From assembly GCF_009914755.1 (NCBI RefSeq), contig NC_060939.1: 64,000 nt of DNA, one strand, 5' to 3'. The number at the start of each line of letters is the position of its first letter. The first letter of the stretch is position 1. The DNA comes from the human T2T-CHM13v2.0 reference genome, Homo sapiens. Shown here piece by piece: positions 46,803 through 64,000 of the stretch. Position numbers and translations under genes: made by a program. The notes below the pieces were generated by a model. That model was given only the letters and a program-made list of their open reading frames with translations. It did not search any database and was not told the DNA's origin.

Positions 46803-48316
46803 TGAGGCAACTTCAAAAGTTCTTGGGAAAATGTAATTAAAAGGTAAAAATAAAAAATATAAGCTTTATTTCTCAACATAACCTCCATCATATTCAAGAC
46901 ACTTTTGTAAGCAATGTTACCAGCCATTTAGTCCAGCTGTAAAGAATTGAGGTTCCTGGGAATTTAACCATGTCAATGCTGTCTTTTTTACATTATTAAC
47001 TGAAGAAAAAAGGGTTTCCTTTAAAAGTTTTTCAAGATTCGGAAACAAAAAGAGGTCAGAAGGAGCCAAATCAGGACTGTAAGGTGGATGCCTAATGATT
47101 TCCCATTGAAACTCTCACAAAATTGCCCATGTATGATAAGAGGAGTGAGCAGGAGCATTGTCACGGTGGAGAAGGGCTCTCCAGTGAAGCTCTCCTGGGT
47201 GTTTATCTGCTCATGCTCTGGCTAACTTTCTCAAAACACTCTTATAATGAACAGATGTTATCATTCTTTGGTCCTCCAGAAAGTCAACAAGAAAAATGCC
47301 TTGAGCATCCCAAAAAACTCTTGCCATGACTTTTGCTCTTGACTGGTCCACTATTGCTTTGACTGGGCCACTTCCACCTCTTGGTAGCCATTGCTTTGAT
47401 TGTGCTTTGTCTTCAGGATCATACTGGCAAAGCCATATTTCATCTCCTGTTGCAGTTCTTCAAAGAAATGCTTCAGGATCTTAATCCCCCTTGTTTAAAA
47501 GTTCCATTGAAAGCTGTGCTCTTGTCTGCAGCTGAGCTGGGCACAATGGTTTTGGCACCCATCAAGTAGAAAGTTTGTTCAACTTTGCTTTTTTCGGTTA
47601 GAATTGTATGTGCTCCAGCCTGGGCAACATAGTAAGACCCTGTCTCTACAAAAAATTTAAAAATTAGCTGGGTGTGGTGGTGTATGCCTGTAGTCCCAGC
47701 TATTCAGGAGGCTGAGGCAGGAGGATCACTGGAGTCCAGGAGTTTGAGGCTGTGATGACCTATGATTGCACCATGGCACCCCAACCTAGATGACAGGGTA
47801 AGACCTTATCTCAAAAAAGAATTGCGTAAGTTACCAATTGAGATGTCTATGATGTTGGTTATTGTTTCTACTGTTAATGTCAATTCTCTTTAATCAGGGC
47901 ATAAAGAAGATAATATTTTTCCTTCCAAATTGATGTGGATGGTCTACCACTGCAGGCTTCATCTTCAACATTGCCTCATCCCTTATTAAAATTAATTATT
48001 CATTTTTAAACTGCTGATTTCTTTGGGGCATTATTACCATAAACTTTCATAAAGCATCAGTGATTTCACCATTTTTCCACCCAAATTTCTGCATAAATTT
48101 GATGTTTGTTCTTGGTCCAATTTTAGCAGAATCCATGTAGCTCTGATACGAGATCTTTGCAAACTGATGTCTTATCCTTCTTAGTGCCTCAAAATAGATC
48201 CTGTTCAGACATTCAGTACAGGTTAGTGTGAGTTTGTTTTGGTGCAAAATTTTTTTAAATCCATGTATAGTTTTTTCATAAGATGTGTCTTCCATGAACT
48301 TTTTGAAGACCTCTCA
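46803..48316 (-). mobile_element. Full-length HSMAR2 mariner transposon (defective transposase)
   Basis: Both TIRs present (tgaggcaacttcaaaagttc / gaactttttgaagacctctca+TA). N-terminus MDSAKIGPRTNIKFMQKFGWKNGEITDAL is in ORF 48047..48295; C-terminus GGYVEK* is near 46870. About 1.3 kb after removing the Alu. Confidence 0.9.
47614..47818 (+). mobile_element. 5'-truncated AluJ inside HSMAR2
   Basis: Flanked by agaattg on both sides. Confidence 0.85.
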
Positions 48317-50559
48317 TATTTGTTTTATGTAATTGAATTCTGTCTTGCTTTTGTTTAAAAGAAGTCTCCCCTGCTTAAAAGGGGGCAAAAATTTAAAAAA
48401 TTTTCTGGTGATTTTGAAGGACAGCATCCTCCTATAACGAAAATATCAGTTAAAGGTCTCTATGTTTTTTGATATCTAGAATAAATGACTTGAAGCCCCC
48501 CACTCCCTCCATCCCCTTTATGCCACTTAGAAGTCTGAAACCCTCCCCAGGATATCTGTGAATTTCCAGGAGGGTGCTGTTCTCCTGGTCACCCTTGCCT
48601 CTGGGTGCTTCTGGAGAATGCATCACCACAGATGGGAAACTTCATTTCTTTTCACTCTCTTAGGCAGACTGAGACTAAACACTACTCTGGGTCCATGCCG
48701 GCATTCCCATACCCACCAGAGTGTTAACTACAAAAGGGTTTCCCTTTTTAGAAGCCAGTGGAGAAAGTAAATAGTAAGAAATCTCTTCCGCTCTCAGGAT
48801 TTCATAGTATAAGCAGGCATATTACCCAAGTGGTCAGCTTCGGTGGAAGGGGACTGGAGACTGACCACCAGATGATCAAGGGCACTAAAAAGGGGATGCA
48901 AGACCTTAGGCTCATAGTCCTGTTCCTGGGGACGAATGCTGGGCTCTGGTGGCCATGCTGGGCTGCGGAGAAGCAAAGGTGCATTGTTGGTGTGATATTC
49001 TTTCCCCCAGGGGTCTGCTAGAAGCTGAAGGCAAAAATAGATGGAGACAAAAAAGACTAGGAGACCCTTTCTATGTAGAGACATCACTCTATGTTCTTTG
49101 CAGAGAATAGGAATACGTGCCTTTGATCAGATGAGCTATTAAAAAATGATTATGTAGTTCTGTTAAACTGGATTATTTTCAATATCCTGTCTGCTTTTTC
49201 AAAGGACTGTTATTTAGTGGGAAAACATTGCTGAATTCCTTTCAGAGAAATCCTCCCTGTACTGACCCTTTGGCAACACACCTTACACATGTAACTACTT
49301 GTTCAGAACAGTCTTCTCCTTCTGACTCTCCACAAAGGCGGGGACCATGAGTATCTTATTTCCCACTGCATCCAGAAGGCTGAGCACAGTGCTTGACGCA
49401 CAGTGAATTTTGGTTGAATGAACAATTGAAAGGATTTGCCCATTGCAGTGTCATTTTTCCAAGACCTGACAATATCACTTTTGATTCTTTTCTTATTTAG
49501 TTCCACCTCCTTATCCCCGCTGCCACTGCTTAAGTCAGCACACGGCATCACCTCTCCTGGGGCTATCTTTAACTAGGCTTCCTGACCCCCTACCCTGGCC
49601 TGTCTGCTTTAAATCCAGGCAATGGCCTGTAGCCCCAGCAACCTTCCGAAAGCTCTACTCTCTGTCCCTTGTCAATTTCCTCTTCTGAAAGTTTCAGGGG
49701 CTCTCCACTACTTGCAGAAGAAAACCACCAACTCTTGCCTCGATGCTGAAGGTACTTTCCCATCATCTCCCCTCTGCCTCTCATCACCCTGTGTCCCTCC
49801 TGGCCCTTGCTTTCTTGCTTCTGTGCTTGGCCTCATCCTCCTTCCTCTGCCTGGAAAGTGCTTACCTCTGTTCTTGCATCTGCATGTCCAAATCCTATTC
49901 ATCATTTCTATTATTATGTCATTTAAGTTTCAAAAAGTCTCTGAGTCATTGTTCCTTAAATAGCAGTTTTAAAAGGTGATTCTAAAGAAAAGGATTTGAT
50001 GTTGAAATTAGCTTAGGAAGTGTTGTATGGATTATTGCCATTTTGTAGATTTATAGTGCAGGCCATTAATTCAAGGATCTGAGAAGATCTGCAATCAAGA
50101 AACCTATTTAACTCAGCATTTCTCAAATTTATTTGACCATAGAACCCTTTCCCCTTTCACACCTATTAACATATTGCAGATTATTTTGGAAATACTTTCC
50201 CGAGAGTTACCAGTAATATCTTTAATCTGTTTTTAATGATGAAGATGCTGAGGCTCAGAGACAAAAATACTTGCGCAAGCCGAGTGAAAGGAGCTTCAAT
50301 CTGTTTTTTTTTTTTCTTTACTACACTGTGATGACTTACATTTGTCATCCAACAAGAACTTTTAAACTTTCCGAACTATGGAAAGTAAGACAATAGCCTG
50401 TATTTATCTTTCCTAATATCTGAATTTTGTCCCACTTCTCTTTTCTAAAAATGATTATTCCCAAGTTTTTCTTTCACTTTTCTTTCCTGCCAGATGTTTT
50501 ACAAGTAATGAAAGGCTCCAATTAAATTTTCCCAAGAGCTTCATCAAATAATGAAAACA

Positions 50560-50910
50560 ATACATAGAGCATGTTATATCTTTATGAACTTAAAATTAAA
50601 ACATAATTTTGAGATTACATATAGGTATAATAAAACTATATAAAAAGAAAAGCAAGTGGATAATGAACACAGGATTTAGGAGATGGTTACCTTGGCTGGG
50701 GGTAGGGAGGGATGGGGAATGAAAGACTCTTATATTTAGATGTAGATTATTATCAAGATCTTAGCTTTTATTTTGGGGTTATAGGTTTACAAGTGCTTAT
50801 TACATTATTTAAAAATAACCGGCTAAATAACTAGAGGACCACTGCTGAGAGTGTGTCATAATCCAATTTAATGTACCTGAGACCCTAAAATAAATACATA
50901 AATCATAAAA
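50560..50910 (+). mobile_element. L1M-type 3' fragment
   Basis: taaaactatataaaaagaaaagcaag...acacaggatttaggagatggttacc. Confidence 0.5.
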
Positions 50911-51419
50911 AAGAAAACAATAGCAAATTAAGTTTTCTAGTATATAGCTAGTTTATGTCAAAATAATACTTTTAAAGCGAGGTGAGTGGTGGCCTGATTT
51001 TAAGGGGATATTTATTGCTAAGTAATACTGAGTAAATTGCACAGCATCCAATAATGTATGAGTGCATTTCTGTTTTAATCTTGGCTTTGAGAGTTTTTGA
51101 GGAATGTAAATTTAAAACTTGATATAATCACATGTAAAATGAATATTTTATGATAAAAAGAGTAAAAAGTAATAAAAGGAGAATTTAAAAAATCCCTTGC
51201 ATATTTATTATTTTATTATCACCTGGCTTTTAAATTCATCTGCGTTGTAAGTTGTGAGATGATTCTTTATGTTACTTTGTTTATCTTGTTAAGATTCATT
51301 TGGGGAGTCAAGGGACTCTGCTCATGCCCAAGTCTGTGCCCTCTAATGAGTAACACCAGAGACTGCACAGTGTCCAGGAAATAGACTTCAACAAACTAGT
51401 CTAGCCAAGGTCACTGGAG

Positions 51420-52168
51420 TGTTTTCCAACACTAACAACCAATTATTGATTCTCCAGACACCAACTGGGTGTCCAACAATTAAATTCCACTCTGACATTA
51501 ACTACCTGGAGTTAGTGTCAGATTTCACAGGCTAAAAGCGTTCGGTTTTACAAGACTGCCTTCACTTCAGATGCCAAGTGCAAGTCCTGGGCCACCCATA
51601 CTTCTGGCTGTAAAATCAGGAGTTCCCATGGCCCCCTCCTCAAGTTCAATTATTTGCTAGAATGACTCATAGAGCCAGGAAAGTACTCTGCGTTTACTGA
51701 TTTATTACAAAGGATGTTATAAAGGATACAACTCAGTAACAGCCAAATGGAAGAGATGCATAGGGTAAGGAGTGAGGAAAGGGGTGCAGAGCTTCCATGA
51801 CTTTTCTGGGTGCCACCTTCCCAGCACCTCGATGTGTTCACCAGCCCAGGAGCACATCAACATTTATTGTTCAAGAGTTCTCTCAGAGCTTAATCTCCAG
51901 CCCCTCACCTTTCTTCTTGGAGCTGGGTCAGTGGAGCTAAAAGTCTCCACTCTCGAATCACTTGGTCCTTCTGGTGGCCAGTCCCATCACGAGGCTATCT
52001 AAGGGCTCCACCCTAAGTTACCTGATTCGTATAAATTCAGTGTGATCAAAAGGAGCTTATTATGAATAACAAAAGACATTCTCATCATTCAGGAAATTCC
52101 AAGGGTTTTAGGAGCTCTGTGCCAAGAACAAAGAAGAAAAACCAAATATGTTTCTTATAATACCACAG
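51420..52168 (-). mobile_element. MER21C-like LTR
   Basis: gacaccaactgggtgtcc...acctggagttagtgtcaga...caggaaattccaagggttttaggagctctgtgcca...taccaca. Confidence 0.8.
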
Positions 52169-52255
52169 TTGCCAAACAAATACACTAGCAAACAAGCAAA
52201 CAAAAACAATGAGCCCTGGGCATGGAGAAAAAATAGACAGAGCTGCTACAACATA

Positions 52256-52637
52256 CAGGCATACCTCAGAGATAACGTGGGTTTGTTTCCAGACTGCTGC
52301 ACTGAAGCATATATTGCATTAAAGTGAGTCACATAGATTTTTGTTTTCCCAGTGCATATAAACATTTATACTTACACTATACTGTGGTCTATTAAGTGTT
52401 CAATGGCTTTATGTCTAAAAAATGTACATATCTTAATTTAAAAATAGTTTACTGCTAAAAAATGCTTAGAGCCATTTGGGCTTTCAGTGAGTTGTAATCT
52501 TTATGATAGTGGAGGATCTTGCCTTGCTGTTGTTGGCTGCTGACTGTTGAGGGTGGGGGTTGATTAGGGTGGCTATGGCAATTTCTTAAAATAACACAAC
52601 AAAGAAGTTTGCCACATTGATTGACTCTTCTTTCACA
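52256..52637 (-). mobile_element. Tigger1 terminal fragment
   Basis: ta+caggcatacctcagagata TIR; cut at 52638 by an LTR. Confidence 0.85.
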
Positions 52638-53371
<734 letters not shown>

Positions 53372-53789
53372 TTTCCCGTTTTTGATCAATATCTTTTTCC
53401 AAAAGCATCACTGAACAATCAACCTGTAGTTAGGTTTTGATGTCTCTGGATGCTGGGATGAACCTGTTCCAGTGGTTGGTCTTGTGTCACACTGGGAGCA
53501 GTGGAGGGGGGTAATTGGTCACTAGTAGTCAGTGTCAAAACCCTTTTAGCTACATTTGCGTAAAGAGGAAGGTTGGAGGAAGTGGCTTTAAGTCAAGTCT
53601 GCTAGAATCCATTACTAAGCTCAATTTTGCAATTATGTCAAAGTGCTGAGCCAGTATTATTTCGTACTTCTGAAGACATTTAATAAATAACAGATCCAAA
53701 GTTTAAAAAGGGAAAATACAAAGTAAAAATTAATAATTATATGACAAAATTCTAGTTTGCATAATGGGTTTCAGCTAGAACCTAGGCTT

Positions 53790-54050
53790 TTGTTTTTCAT
53801 TTGTTTTGAGACAGGGCTCACTCTGTCACTGCAGCTGGAGTGCAGTGGAGTCATTGCCTCTCACTGCAACCTCAATCTCTCAAGCTCAAGTGATCTCTTA
53901 TGGTCAGCCTCCCAAGTAGCTGGGACTACAGCAGGTACCACTGTGCCTAGCTAATTAATTTTTTTTTTTTTTTTTAACAGAGACAGGGTTTCACTATGTT
54001 GCCCAGGCTGATTGCGAGCTCCTGGGCTCAAGCAATACTCCCACCTCAAC
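53790..54050 (-). mobile_element. AluJ (5'-truncated)
   Basis: Reverse Alu; flanks agaacctaggctt and agaatctaggctt. Confidence 0.85.
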
Positions 54051-54234
54051 CAGAATCTAGGCTTAAAGACAATTAATTGAATGAATCAAATGACTATAGG
54101 GAATAAGTGAGACCTGTTGTAACCATGTGGCCTGTTTTCTTATGTTGTAAACATAAGTCTGAACTTTTCCAGAGAAGAATGTGTTTAGGTACAGCATGTA
54201 GTATTAGCAACAGTACAGACGTTTTCTTATTTAA

Positions 54235-54780
<546 letters not shown>

Positions 54781-55354
54781 TGAGTATCTCTGGTCATGAC
54801 ATTGGGTGGCTTGGTGAGTTTTTTGTGTGATTCATACACCGAGCATGAGGCTTGTTTCTTAAAATTTGTCTAGTTTCAGCTTGTAGGGCTTTAGGAATAG
54901 GGCAACTTTTGTTTTTAGTTGGAGAGTTGTAGCCAAATATTAGAGAAAATTAGGAGAATTCAGGGTCTAGTCTAGTCTACAGGTAGATAATGAGAACTTG
55001 TAAACAATTCACAAGGCTGCAATCCAATACAGATGGCTTATAGTGTTGTTTTTGGAAAACTAACCTTTTCTCTCTGCACTGATCACTTAGGAATCTCATA
55101 TTTAAAAACTTTTTGGGGCTAGGAATCCATAGGAAGGCAGACTTTAGATTTTTACATACAGTTTTAAGGTTCTTGGACCTGCCAGGAAGTGACAATTTTT
55201 ACTCACTGTGAGGCTGGGAACTCTGGAAGCCAGGCATTTTCTGCACATTCTTAAATATGATATTTTAGTCAAAATCTTGGTAATATAACCAATGTTTCCA
55301 ATTGTATCATACTTATAAAGAGATTATACATATATATAATATACACTATATATA

Positions 55355-56870
<1,516 letters not shown>

Positions 56871-57882
56871 AATGTATTTTTATTGAACTTATATAAATAA
56901 AAATACTCACGAATAGTTTCTGAATTTTGGAAGAATCAGGTAGGGAGAAGAAGCAATTGCTTCTATTTTTGTATACGTTACCAAATTATAAACTATAGAT
57001 AGCTTGTGAGATAAAATTTCCTGAAATCTGGAAAACATTTAAGTAAAGAACCAATAAGGTTTTAAATAAGAGTCGTCAGAACATTATTTTTATCAATTGC
57101 TTAGTTTCATGTATTTTGTTTTGTTTTGCTGGATGTTAATTAGCAGTTTTATGAACCCATTGGTTTTTAAATTAGGGCTCTGGAAATTTTTATTGAGTCC
57201 ATTGATCTTAAAGTTACCAGATATCTGTTGTTAGAGTGTTTTCCATGAAAAGCAATTTTAGACTATAGCTGATTGCAAATACTTTTAAAGAAGAATTCAA
57301 AACAATAATTATAGATGACAAAAACTTAGACTAACCATGATTAAAATCTGATGAAAGTTCCCAGTTGACAAAGAAATTTATTTATTTCTACTACATGCAG
57401 TATTTTAAGATAACAACCAGAATCATGACTGAGAGTGTAACATCAGGACTTTTATAAATTTTTATAATCTTTTGTAAATTTTATATTATCGTTAGAATAC
57501 TCATATTAATAAGATAGCCACACAAATACAGCTTTAGAAAACATTCAACATAGCAATAAAATTATGACTTTTAATAAATTAACAGATTTTAATAATGTTA
57601 TATAATTTTTGAAACTTTATATTAATAGCATACCCATAATTGTAACTGAAAGAAGATCCAGCACCACTTACCATTTGGCAATGCCTCCCATACAATTTAC
57701 CTAAGTCTAATCATTTAGTATCTCTACAAGATGAGAGAGACATTTTTTGGGGCTCTCTGGAGGCCCACCCAGAAAATCCCAGTTAATTTTAGGTCAAAAA
57801 GAGATAATTTAGAATATTGATTCTGGGGAAACCTGCCAAAGACATTAAAAGGTTCAAAACAATTGATCAAAACCCAATCACA

Positions 57883-58030
57883 GGCCCCAGCCCCCATGGT
57901 GGTTCATGCTTGTAATCCCAACATTTTGGGTGGTCAGTGCAGGAGGCCAGAAGTTCAACACCAGCCTGGGCAACACAGCAAGATCCTGTCTTTAAAAAAA
58001 AATTAAAAAAATAAAAATAATTTAAAAAAA
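57883..58030 (+). mobile_element. Degenerate Alu left monomer
   Basis: ggtggttcatgcttgtaatccc...ccagcctgggcaaca followed by A-rich tail. Confidence 0.75.
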
Positions 58031-58591
58031 CAGAATCACCAGTCACTATAAAATAAGTTATTATCCAGAGTGATAAAAGGCTCAAAAGCAGTACAGAAAG
58101 TTGCATGGATATTAAAACCTTAACCTCTTTAAAGCCCAGTTTTCCTAAATAATAAAAAACTTAATAAAGACAATGCAGGTATTATCTTCATAAAATGTAA
58201 AAAGTATATATTTTTAAGGCCAATTACCAAAAAGCTAAAGAAAAACCTCCTGTAGTGTGATTGCTCTTCCTTAGGTGAAGCCCATTTAGATAACCTGGAA
58301 CTCAAATTAATCAGACACATGAAGGGTATATCCTGGATTATGACTGTATGCTATGTTATAGAGAAATGTAAACAAGAAAACTAATACCTTGACCAGGAGA
58401 ATGCATGGCTCTTAGTAATAGCATGACAAGTTTCCTGGTTACAAGGAACAATTCAGACACCTCAAGGAAAGCCAAGAGTATGGAATCAAATTATATTGGA
58501 GGAAAACATTGCTTTTCTGGACCTCCAAAATAAAATGTCAGCATCAGGTCATAACAACAGAGCTAAAACTGAAAAAAATGTTACAGCCATT

Positions 58592-58721
58592 GGCCAGGCC
58601 CAGTGGTTCCCACCTGTAATCCCAGAATTCTGGAACACTGAGGTCAGAGGATCACTTGAGGCCAGGAGTTCAAGACCAGCTCTGACAACATAGTGAGACC
58701 TCGTCTCCACACACACACACA
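58592..58721 (+). mobile_element. Alu left monomer with (CA) tail
   Basis: ggccaggcccagtgg...gagacctcgtctc. Confidence 0.8.
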
Positions 58722-59811
58722 AGTTACAGTAGTTGACAAAAAGGTTGAAGGAGAGAGTTATCACCAGAGCCAAGCAAAAAGATACACCTTTTCAAGGGAA
58801 GAAAGAGCAGAAGGCAATGATGTATGTCCTACAAATCATATGCAGTGAGGTGCAGCAAAAGTTGAACTTATATAAGTCTGAGAAGTTTCAAAAAGGAAAA
58901 TTTTACCTCAAAAAATGAAGTTACCATTCTGAATGAAAAACACAGCATTTTCCAACCTAAAACTAGATAAACTAATTAGATATCTGGATGCAATAGAAAC
59001 TGTCTGTAGTTTAGAAGATGGCTATTAAAGAAACAGGTTTCAGAATTAAAAATCAAAACCTCTTGCAATTCTACTAAGAGTAAATCAATACTTTAAGAAA
59101 ATCTTGTTTTTACATGGAGAACCACATTTTAACATTTTGGATTAATGCATTTTTAAGGTCCAAGTTCAATCTTTAGAAAAACTTTTAAATAATTTCCTTC
59201 TAATTATAGCCAATTTGATCACACAAACAATTCCTTCTATAAATTATTTTTGATGAAACTTACTGCAACCTACTCAGACCACTGATGACATACTTGGGCT
59301 TTCTGCATTTTCCTATACTTCCTCTATCTTAAATAACCAATTATTTTACTTTAGGACAAAATTTACCATGCAAGATTCTTTCTTATTCAAAATTATTCTC
59401 TTTTCTTTTTCATGTTTTTTACCAAAAACATATTTTCATATTTATAACTTTACATTTCTATCTGCTACTTGCTGGTTCCATTTTATTTTATTTCTATTTC
59501 CTTCCTAAATCTGTATTTTAAAACAACCTTCAAATAACCTCTGAATTAGACAAAATTACTCTTTCTTTCTCAACAGAGAGCATATTTGTATACTTTTCTT
59601 ATAATTTTTTTCATCAAAAAAATTTGTATTTTGGTATATTTTAAATACAAAGTTATATATATATATTAATTAGAATGTTTAACTCTTAGCAACCTTAAAT
59701 TTTTAGCAAAAACCTGGGAAGCAAGAAATCTTGACTTGTCTGTTACATATCAGTATTTTAGAGATCAGAACTATTTTATAAGTTTTAGAAATATGTTTCC
59801 CCATAACATAT

Positions 59812-62979
<3,168 letters not shown>

Positions 62980-63949
62980 CATAACATAATTTTTAATGTA
63001 TATTAATAGACTCATATACTTTAGTCTTTCTATAAAACTTAAGCCAAGAACAAGCTTTTATTTGTGTTTGGCAATTTGTTTCAGTTAAAAAATTTTTTTT
63101 ATTTGGAAATGACCCAGGCATAGATACCAGAGTATCTATTATTTATTTAACATAACATAACTTTAGGATTTCCAATTACAGAAAAAGTTTATTTAAAAGA
63201 AAAGTAAGAAAGAAAAAAACAATAACAAGTTCATTTATAAGCATTTATTTGATTTACATTTACTTGATTTTTTAAAAACAGTTTACCTAGACTACTTATG
63301 AGAACTGAAAAGTAGACAAAGCCCATCACCATTTCAAGTTATTTCCCTATTAATCATTTTAATAGCCTGTATTAGGTATTTAAATACAAACCTTAAAGTT
63401 AAATATATGAATGTGTTGCTGGTAAATATTCAGCAAAATGTATCAGAAGATACATCTGTTTTCATTAAACTGACAATATTAAAGTCTTATTTGTCAGGAA
63501 ATTACCCAAACAGATAATTCTGTTTTAGGCTGGATTTATAGTTTTGTAAACTTTGTGTCAAACCCCGATTCCTTAAAACATCTAGCAAAGACAACATAAA
63601 ACTGACCAGTAAACTTAAGCAAAAATGCATACTGACAATTTTGAAGACATTTTTATTTTTATGTTATCAGTAATTTAAAAACCAGTTTATTTACTAAAGG
63701 TTTACTTTAGTCATGTGAACTAAAAGGTATCTGGGTTAATGGCTATATACATATTATATTTTATATGAGTACTCATTTATCCTTAGAGGATTTCTGACCA
63801 ACGACATCAGATTTTACTATGTAAACACAGCGTACAACATGATAAATGTACATATCCGTAACACATCTAAACACATATACACACTCAAATAAAAATCATA
63901 TAGCTTTCATTTTAGTATTAGAGTCATGAGATAGTATAACAACTCATTG

Positions 63950-64000
63950 TTTTTTTTGTTTGTTTTTGTTTTTGTTTTTGTTTTTGAGATGGAGTCTCGC
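63950..64000 (-). mobile_element. Alu 3' end with (TTTTTG) tail, cut by the window edge
   Basis: tttgagatggagtctcgc. Confidence 0.85.

Overview
Human non-coding, repeat-dense genomic DNA. It carries an AluYa5-lineage insert and an L1PA2, and I found no intact protein-coding gene. Most of the window is Alu, L1, L2, MIR, MaLR/ERV1 LTR and DNA-transposon sequence, including a full-length HSMAR2 mariner and a MADE1. The only gene-derived feature is a processed ANP32B pseudogene (- strand, ~55.35-56.87 kb) inserted in an ERV1 (MER65-like) internal region. It is atypical: canonical coding exon 1 is replaced by a ~420-nt CpG-rich leader joined at the exon-2 boundary, and that leader still looks like a CpG island. 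Other notable structures are a ~410-bp multi-template repair scar inside an old L1, a twin-primed L1 with a 3' transduction, two ~93-94% identical local duplications of unique DNA, a 28-bp-stem hairpin next to a candidate micro-exon, and a ~275-bp (ATTTT)n Alu tail. I cannot support a new multi-gene system. Repeat subfamily names come from remembered consensus sequences, identities are hand counts, and many boundaries are approximate.
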